Assembly (NCBI GenBank): GCA_965644295.1
Contig: CBFFRP010000252.1
Location: forward strand, 1-43,240
Direction of reading: 5' to 3'
Source of the DNA: Paraphysomonas bandaiensis
Taxonomy: Eukaryota; Protista; Chrysophyceae
DNA length: 43,240 nt
The position numbers and the translations under genes are program-made. Of this stretch, positions 1-7,800 are shown piece after piece (positions within the stretch are counted from its first letter, which is position 1; each line of letters starts with the position of its first letter). The notes under the pieces were generated by a model. It was not told the DNA's origin and made no database searches. It worked only from the letters and a program-made list of their open reading frames with translations.

Positions 1-214
1 ATTGATAATCATGTCTTTCTTTGTCTTTTGAATGATTATATAAATATCAATGATAAGCATGAATTGTCATAGTCATAATATATCATATATCTCAGTGTGA
101 GTTATGGTAATAATAATAATATTCAATCTATGTTTGCACAGATGGTATGTACAAACTTAAGCATATACAATAGAGAGCTTGTAGAATAGAATAACCTGAT
201 AGCTGGTTATTACA
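1..214 (-). repeat. 3' LTR (partial; continues left of the window)
   Basis: Matches 9402-9615 with no mismatch seen by eye; ends ...ggttattaca on plus (TGTAATAACC on minus), abutting the PPT. Confidence 0.95.
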
Positions 215-226
215 CTACCCCCTCCA
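215..226 (-). other. Polypurine tract (plus-strand primer)
   Basis: Minus strand reads TGGAGGGGGTAG immediately before the TG of the 3' LTR. Confidence 0.85.
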
Positions 227-269
227 GCAGTCGCATACGCCAGTATGCGGAACGAAGTTCACTGCGAAC

Positions 270-3200
270 CTAAAATGGCTTCATATTAGTAGCATTTATT
301 CGAACCTCTTTTCCTTCAATTTCAGCATCATAAAGTATTGGACTTAGTCGCCGAATAACTTTATAAGGTCCTTCAAATCTAGCTTGTAATTTGGCATTGA
401 TTTTATACAATTCCTCATCATCAGCCGATTTAAACACATTAATTGGACGTCGAATTCTGAAGAATAAATCACCAGCATTATATTCTTTGAACTCTCGAGG
501 TCGCCTAGATACCATATTATGTCGAAGATGATTCTTTTGAGCTTTCTTCGTTGCATAATTCCAAGCTTGTTCCAAAGAAATCAACAAATTATCTATCCAT
601 TCAGCTTCAATAGTTCCAGGTTGTAATCGAAGCTCGGAAAGTTTCGAGGACAATGTAAACTCTATAGATGGTAAACGGCATTCTCTACCGAACATCATAT
701 AATATGGAGTAAAACTTGTGCTCGAGGACACTGTAGTATTATACATCAATTGTACTGTAGGCAAAAATGTATCCCAGTCATCCTGTAATACACCTACAAA
801 ATGGTACAACTGATCCTTCAACGTCTTGTTGTGATTCTCAACTAAACCCTGGCTCCTTGGAGTATAAGGAGTAGTGTTAATCCTTCTATACTTGAATAAC
901 TTGGATATTGCTTTGGTCAGTTTATTGACAAACTCTGTGCCTTTATCACTCACCAGTAATTCTGGTAACCCAAATGGACAAAACACATGAGTAATCAAAG
1001 CATTAGCCACTTCCAAAGGCGTCTTGTTCTTAAGAGGCATAAGCCAAACAAATTTAGTAAGGAAATCCTTTACCACTAGAATATAACTGAAACCACTTTT
1101 GGTTTTCACCAATCTTCCTGTTAAATCAATATGTATTCGTGACAAAGGAAATTTTGCATCAGGGTATTTCATTATTGGAATCTTTGGTCGCGTTTGATAG
1201 GTCTTACGTAATTTACAAGGTATACATTCCTCCACATGTTTCTGTACATCCTTGCGTATTGACGGCCAAAAATATCTCAATTTCAAAGTTTCAAGCATTC
1301 GTTGTGTTCCTGGATGCGTATATCCTTCATGGAAATACTTCATTAGTTGAAAACGTAACACCTGAGGGACCATAATTTGCCAATCTATTGATCCCTTGTT
1401 TTTCTGAACATGTTTTCTCAATAGTGTCTTGTGCGATGGTTCATCTGCATTCTCATGTAACTTGTAAACATGACCATCCACTTCTAACTCATGGCCAGTT
1501 TCAAAATTTGATAACTGTGATATAATCAATCCAAGTTGAGTATCATTTTCTTGGATCTGAAACATACTCTCTCTACTCGAAGGCCACTTAATCTCCGGAT
1601 CTTCTTCCGGATGATCTAATAAATATTGATCTGATAACTCCCATAATCCAGATTCTCCACATACGGCGAATGGGTGAGTATCATATCTATCCAATTTCCC
1701 TGACAAAGGCCTCCTATGACCAACCACTAACTTATGCGTTTCATCATAATGTATTGAAGCAATCTCATATTTTTGGAAATTATCGTCATCAATATACTTT
1801 CTGCCTACCAGATATTGCAATTCGTCAGCAAGTGATTGGCATTGTACTAGGTTCTCATAAGAGTACTTCTCCAAAGCGTCGGTTTCTAGATATCGGAGAG
1901 TTCTCTCGAAATTCCTAGTATTTCGTTCCTCCATCTCAACAAGTTCCTGGATTCTGGAATTTTCTTCATCGCTGTACTTAAAGATTTTGGAATATAGTTT
2001 CTCCTGAACTTTCCGTTTTTGATCGTACACAATTAACTCAAATTCATCTTTAAAAGACACGGTAGTCTTCCGTCGAGATCCATCTAAATTCAGAATTTGA
2101 TTATCTTCTGGACTAAGTTGATCACTTCTAGTACTCCAAAATTCTTTACCATAGTCAAAAAATATTTCATCCCCAGGCAAGATCTCTCTAAGAGCCATCA
2201 AAACTCCTTTAGATTTTTTCCATATCAATTTCGCATTAATCAATTGTTTGGATATCCCATCATTCGCATATCGACCTAAGCTTGAACCAGGTTCCCATCC
2301 ATCAATAACAATCTTACGATGTGCTCCAGCAATCATCTGCATCCCATAATTGGAGCTTAATTGATCCACTCCTTCAGATACAACCGGACCCACATAATCA
2401 CAAATCTCAACATTTGGACAGATCTGTTTGGTGGCAAAAAGTCCCCATCCTGCTTTTAGCTTTGTCGATGGAAGAATAGTACATTGATTGTAACCAGAAA
2501 TTCGTCGTTCTCGAATTAACTTCATATCTTCTGACTCATCTGGATTATCCATATAGTTTGTTCGAGATGGATGAAAGCTAGTTCGGTTCGAGTGTGCAGT
2601 TGCATGTTGTATATTCTGTCCCGAATTGCTGAATTTCATCCTTGACTCACCAGTTTCCTGAACTTCCGTAATATTCAATTCTTTAAGTAGATTCTCAACC
2701 TGGCAACTATATTGTTCTACATCGATGCTCGGCTGCTTCCTTCTTTTTAATGTAGAGCCAGCCACTTTAAATCTAACTTCAGAATTTTCTAATTCTGAAC
2801 TTTCCCCTAATACTCCCCCTTTCTTGACATTAGTCAAAGAAGACAACAAATCCAAATCCAGCGCATCACAATTACAGATTTGAACCTCAAATTTGCTAGA
2901 GCAAGTATGAGTTTTCTTAATAGTTTGCGCCTCCACAACCGCTTGGCGTTTCAATTTACTCAACTGTCGTTTTGCAGCCCCCCATGATCGGATGAGGTCT
3001 GGATCCTCATTATCAACCACCGGCCCGAGATGATCGGAGAGCTCCTCCCTAGTAGCTGGCGGTACATCCCCTATTTGCCAAAGGCGACTTAACATATCAG
3101 CAACTACATTTTCCACCCCTTTTTTGTAATGTAAAGCAAAACGATATGATTGAAGATCCATGAGGTATCCCAGCAATCGTGGATTAAGTGTTGCAGTCAC

Positions 3201-4850
3201 TGAATGGACCATATATTTCAGGCAATTGTGGTCAGAGTGGACTTCAAATTTACGACCACTACTCAGATAAATATGCCAATGGAGAATAACATCCCTGAGG
3301 GCCTTACATTCCAAATCCGTGGCCGAGTAATTTCGTTCAGCAGGAGTTAACTTACGACTGAAATATTCCACCGGATGGAGCTGCCCTGCGTCATCATGCT
3401 GCATGAGAACCCCACCGATACCACGCTTTGTCTTGGAAGCATCCAGGTGAATGACAAACGGTTTAGAATTATCAATGTAACGAAGCACAGGAGCCTTCCG
3501 CAGCGCCTCTTTAAGCCTCTCCATGGCATGGCCGTGTATCTCAGGGCGCCAGAGTTTCTTCACGTTGACATTTTTCTTCGTCAAGTCATACAGAGGCAAC
3601 GCAACGTCTGCGTATTGAGGAATATACTGACGGTAGAATGAAGTACTTCCTAAAAAACATCGAACAGCCGTAACGTCCTCTGGGTCTGCAAGATTTGTAA
3701 TCGCCTCAACCTTTTTCGGATCAGGGCATCGGCCGTTTCTGGACAGAATATGTCCAAGGAACCGCAGCTCCCGATAATTAATATGAGTCTTTTCAATTTT
3801 AAATGTAAGATGACGATTTCGAAGTCTATCGTATATGGACTGCTGTGTCAGGAAATGTGCACGAAAACCCCCAGTATGGTTAAGCACATCGTCCAGGTAT
3901 GCAGAGACTTGAAACCGATCCATGTCTTCAAAAGTCTGGGCAATGACTCTACTAAAGTGTGAAGGTGCATTGACCCAGCCTTGTAACATCACCGTATACT
4001 GTAAATGAGCGTTATGAGTGCGGAATGCCGTTTTAAATCGACTATCAGCGTCAAGCTCCACACAGAAAAATGCATCAGCAATATCGCCCGCTGAAAACCG
4101 GTCAGTTCCCACAGGAATGCTATCTAGCAAGTCATCAATCCTGGGAAGTGGAAAAATATCTACCTTAGTTTTCTGATTGAGCGATCGGACATCTGAACAC
4201 ATCCGAAAAAATGTGGCCACTTCAGGCCAATTAACCTTTTTGAAGATTTCTAAATGTGCCGTGTCTCCCCATTTATCTAAAAATTTCTGAATACGGTCAT
4301 GATAAGGAACCAGAACTAAACCATGGCTCCAATCACTGTTTGAGGGTTGAAGCTTTTTCTGACGAAGCATCATACCAGTTTTAGCCTCTAAAAATGCTTG
4401 TTGCAATAAAGAATATTTCCGAGGTCGCGCCCGAACCGGAACTTCATCAGTAGTTTCAATACTCACTTTATAATCCTTAATCCGTGGAGGGTTATCGGGA
4501 TCAGGAAAACAGAAAACATCAATATTGGCCAAAGCTTGAGCCAAAAAATAATCACGTTCATTATGATGTGAAGCTATAGTATCCGCGTCGATAGAAATCT
4601 CCCCTTGCAACGAGACTGCTTCATCATCCTTATATATATCCAGCTTAGTTAAAATCAGTTCAATACTCTCTTGAAGACGGTCAGGAGTGTACTTGTCAAA
4701 TCGTGGTTGAACTGAATTTCGCTGACACAAATCCACTAAATTCCATAATTCCACAGGGAATGACTCCGGTCGTGGACAATCCGAAGTCGTATCGGCTATG
4801 TTAACAGGCGGTGGCTCCGGAGGTGGCCGATTCACCTCTTTGCCGTCTAC
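270..4850 (-). CDS. pol: Pol polyprotein: reverse transcriptase, RNase H, SET domain, integrase (probably made as a fusion with ORF1)
   Basis: RT: RMCSDVRSLN, FPLPRIDDLL, KTAFRT, MLQGWVNAP, YLDD (3888-3899), FLGH. RNase H: LDAS, ERNYSATDLE, SDH, NVVADMLSR. SET at 2136-2483. IN: H-x4-H...C-x2-C, IHIDL, VSDKGTEF, GLVE, GPY. Frame is open from 4850; the listed start at 4835 is a GTG. Confidence 0.96.
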   Translation of the reverse strand, partial: VDGKEVNRPPPEPPPVNIADTTSDCPRPESFPVELWNLVDLCQRNSVQPRFDKYTPDRLQESIELILTKLDIYKDDEAVSLQGEISIDADTIASHHNERDYFLAQALANIDVFCFPDPDNPPRIKDYKVSIETTDEVPVRARPRKYSLLQQAFLEAKTGMMLRQKKLQPSNSDWSHGLVLVPYHDRIQKFLDKWGDTAHLEIFKKVNWPEVATFFRMCSDVRSLNQKTKVDIFPLPRIDDLLDSIPVGTDRFSAGDIADAFFCVELDADSRFKTAFRTHNAHLQYTVMLQGWVNAPSHFSRVIAQTFEDMDRFQVSAYLDDVLNHTGGFRAHFLTQQSIYDRLRNRHLTFKIEKTHINYRELRFLGHILSRNGRCPDPKKVEAITNLADPEDVTAVRCFLGSTSFYRQYIPQYADVALPLYDLTKKNVNVKKLWRPEIHGHAMERLKEALRKAPVLRYIDNSKPFVIHLDASKTKRGIGGVLMQHDDAGQLHPVEYFSRKLTPAERNYSATDLECKALRDVILHWHIYLSSGRKFEVHSDHNCLKYMVHSVTATLNPRLLGYLMDLQSYRFALHYKKGVENVVADMLSRLWQIGDVPPATREELSDHLGPVVDNEDPDLIRSWGAAKRQLSKLKRQAVVEAQTIKKTHTCSSKFEVQICNCDALDLDLLSSLTNVKKGGVLGESSELENSEVRFKVAGSTLKRRKQPSIDVEQYSCQVENLLKELNITEVQETGESRMKFSNSGQNIQHATAHSNRTSFHPSRTNYMDNPDESEDMKLIRERRISGYNQCTILPSTKLKAGWGLFATKQICPNVEICDYVGPVVSEGVDQLSSNYGMQMIAGAHRKIVIDGWEPGSSLGRYANDGISKQLINAKLIWKKSKGVLMALREILPGDEIFFDYGKEFWSTRSDQLSPEDNQILNLDGSRRKTTVSFKDEFELIVYDQKRKVQEKLYSKIFKYSDEENSRIQELVEMEERNTRNFERTLRYLETDALEKYSYENLVQCQSLADELQYLVGRKYIDDDNFQKYEIASIHYDETHKLVVGHRRPLSGKLDRYDTHPFAVCGESGLWELSDQYLLDHPEEDPEIKWPSSRESMFQIQENDTQLGLIISQLSNFETGHELEVDGHVYKLHENADEPSHKTLLRKHVQKNKGSIDWQIMVPQVLRFQLMKYFHEGYTHPGTQRMLETLKLRYFWPSIRKDVQKHVEECIPCKLRKTYQTRPKIPIMKYPDAKFPLSRIHIDLTGRLVKTKSGFSYILVVKDFLTKFVWLMPLKNKTPLEVANALITHVFCPFGLPELLVSDKGTEFVNKLTKAISKLFKYRRINTTPYTPRSQGLVENHNKTLKDQLYHFVGVLQDDWDTFLPTVQLMYNTTVSSSTSFTPYYMMFGRECRLPSIEFTLSSKLSELRLQPGTIEAEWIDNLLISLEQAWNYATKKAQKNHLRHNMVSRRPREFKEYNAGDLFFRIRRPINVFKSADDEELYKINAKLQARFEGPYKVIRRLSPILYDAEIEGKEVRINATNMKPF
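2136..2483 (-). other. SET domain (protein lysine methyltransferase) within Pol
   Basis: AGWGLFA (GxG), DYVG, LGRYAND (RFxNH-like), NAKL, EILPGDEIFFDYGKEFW (ExxxDY with catalytic Tyr); 116 aa. Confidence 0.92.
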
Positions 4851-7800
4851 TCATTTCGATGAGGACACCAGCCTAGTGACATTTTCGTGATTCTCTTCAG
4901 ATAACATAGAAATATCTGAATGCTGGAATTTGTCGTCAGTAGGCATGATAGTGGTATCCTCCGTCTCAACACTGCCATTCATAGCAGATTCCACCGTCTC
5001 CTGATTATGAACCTGCATCCCCAATAATATGGGTTGAAGTCGTACAACTAAACGCGGTCTACCCGGTAGATGGATCCAATCATCGGTATGATTAGAAGCC
5101 CATATATAAGGTCTGTTCGCCGTACAAATAGCATCTTCAAATTGTAAGACGGGCTCATTAGCATCATCACCTGAATTAATCCTTGCAACCTCTGGCAGAG
5201 TCTGTATCCATCCACCTAACGGAGCACCCTTGCCCACTTGAACAGGAATCCGCATCTTAGAATGCGGTGGGATATGTTTCGATATGCAGACTGCAGCCTT
5301 GTGAGGTTGAGGTTTGTTTTCACGGAGATGGCGTGCAACACATTTCTGTACCACAGGGTCCTGAGCTGATGCCATTTGCGTAACAGTCTCATTCCAGTTG
5401 AATTGAGGCATTGCATACTGAATACCATTAGTTTGGAACAACAGCAGTTTATGATCAAACAAGTCAATCATTTTGATACGTCGTAATGCATGCCCTCCAA
5501 AGATTACATTCATGGAACAATTCGGTATAATTGGTATCCATGCTTTCAACTGAACTTGTTCCCTTGCATTGTTCAAAAGTGGTGCCTCTCCCGGCAACAC
5601 TGCCACAGGTAAGACCCGTTGTGCAGTAACAGTGTAGGTAAGACAAGCTCTCCAACTCACAGCGATATCCTGTGAACCTATTCCCCGAATAATGTACCGG
5701 TCTCTCTTTGGGATTCGTACTCGCTTAAGATTCAAGAGGGCTGCACACTCTTCGTCGATCAAGGACTCCATAGAGCCATGATCCACCTGGTGCCAACCGA
5801 CTCTCTGTACTGGTTTACCAGTTTCATCAACTGTATCATATAGAACACGAAACATGGATAATGTATCTTGAGATTCATCCCTAGGTGTCACAGTGTGCAC
5901 CAAGTATCGAACTTTTTGTGCAGCATGAACCTTTCGTTTGGGTTTTGATTTTGACTTAGTAGATCGTGAACCGGAAAGTGAGTCTGTACTGTGAGCAGGT
6001 ATAGAGTCATCCAGTGTAGAGAAAGAAGAGTCATCATCACTATCCGCCCAATGTACTTGTGGTGTACTAGAAACACTTGATGCTATGGAATTAGATTTCT
6101 TCCGTTCGCCACCAATGAATGTCGTATGCAAAGCACTCCCTCCATCCCACCGGCTAGTCAAATCCCGAAATGCTGCCTGAAATTCCTCCTTCTGAGCCGT
6201 AGGCAACTGAGACCAAGGTTGGCTATACTTATTCAATCTGGACAACCAAAAATTGTATATTCGATTCCTTTCAATGTTACGTGGTGTCTCAGACACAAAT
6301 CCAAGTGGGTCAAATTTCCCATTCGTGATGCGTCGGCATTGAGCGTTGTTTATACTATGTCGAAGGCCACATCGTGAACATGTAAGCTTCGCAATCTCAA
6401 TCGGTGTGAGAGATGGTTTGGGTTCCTCGCGTATGCCGGCATGAACTTTGTGATGTCGTCGTAAGCCACCCTCACCCTTAGATGTGTCTGGTTGTTTACT
6501 AGATTGGACATCAGGACGTATAATGTATAGTAGCGTTCCCTGCTGGAATTCTTCTTGAATCTCTCGCCAGATTGATTCTACCTCCTCCCATGATAGACTC
6601 CAATTTTCAGTCGACTTCGCCCTTTCAATTTTTGTGATCTTATTGTCGTACGCTGCAACCAACGATTTACCCCAAACAGGCTCTTTTCCTACCACTCGGC
6701 GCATAGATTCTTCCATCACCTGTGCCGTCTGGCGATCCGGCGTATTATGTTCAACTACCTCTTTCAGTTCATAATATAGTTGCATAACTGCTGTAGGCGT
6801 AGCGAGGTCAGGAGCAGCCCAGTCCTCAATCTGTTTGGCACGCTGTTCATTGGTCTGTACGGGACAATAATTACGGATAGCCCAATGGCAGAAATGCACC
6901 CAACGACGCATCCAAAATTCATATTCAGTGGCTAATTGGCTATCCTCCTGGTCATCCCATATCTCTGGCACACGATTCAAAGACAACCGTTGCAGTTCCT
7001 CTTTAAAGCCGCCCTTAAAACACCAACCATTCTTCGTCTGTATGACCAGATCTTTCAGCCCCATCTTGGCCTGACGTGCCTTCTGGACAGCAAAACGGAG
7101 TCCTCGTTCAATGGGGTATCGATTAGATTGATCTTTCTCTAGACGCATCTTGTCATCAGTCTTCATGTAGAGAGTAGGCTCCTTGACTTCTCTTCTCCAT
7201 GGAGTAGCTTTGGGCAATGCTTTAGACATTAACCGCATGGCTCTCGACGATCGCATTTGGTTACAGAGCAGTGACCAGTGTTGCTCTCCAATTTGTTGAA
7301 GGTGACACCCGAATGCTTGTGCGTCTAGCAGTCTGCCATCTTCAGTTGGATAAATACGGGAATTCGATCTTGAACCCCTAGAACTCAACACTCGGGATGT
7401 ACTTGATCTGGTATCTGCTGACCGACTTCCTCTGCTGACAAAGGAACCCCGACTACCATTGCTGACGAAGGAGTGGTATGACTCATCGTCAGAGTCAACG
7501 GTCCTCTCTTCCCAAGATCCAAATTTTTTATTTTGCTGACTGAGTTGTTTGCTGAGGAGATTGCAGCGCATCATTAGTTGGCTATCGGCCTCCTCCCACA
7601 TAGTTTCAGCCATGTCTCTTATATCAAGGTATTGGTTCAGCACCATGCACAATTCCGCTGTTTCGTAAATGTGCTCTTCAGCCACTAACTCATGTACATT
7701 GTCAAGAACTGTCAGCCTACTTAACCACTCGCGAACATTTGATGGTAATTGCAAGCCGTTTCCTCGATTTAAGACTAGTTGGGCAAGCTGAGAAATATCT

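Noticed and set aside
227-265. Hammerhead ribozyme
   Set aside because: The three-way junction lacks the CUGAUGA and GAAA core
1-269. SECIS-driven Sec decoding of the retroelement's UGA
   Set aside because: No convincing AUGA...GA SECIS fold in the visible 3' UTR/LTR, and the UGA is not at a catalytic Cys position; part of the 3' LTR is outside the window
270-480. Integrase chromodomain or env-like ORF
   Set aside because: Pol ends shortly after the GPY motif, and only about 55 bp separate it from the LTR
4833-4835. Independent Pol start at 4835 as in the ORF track
   Set aside because: The codon is GTG in a eukaryote, and the frame is open back to the ORF1 stop; fusion expression is more plausible
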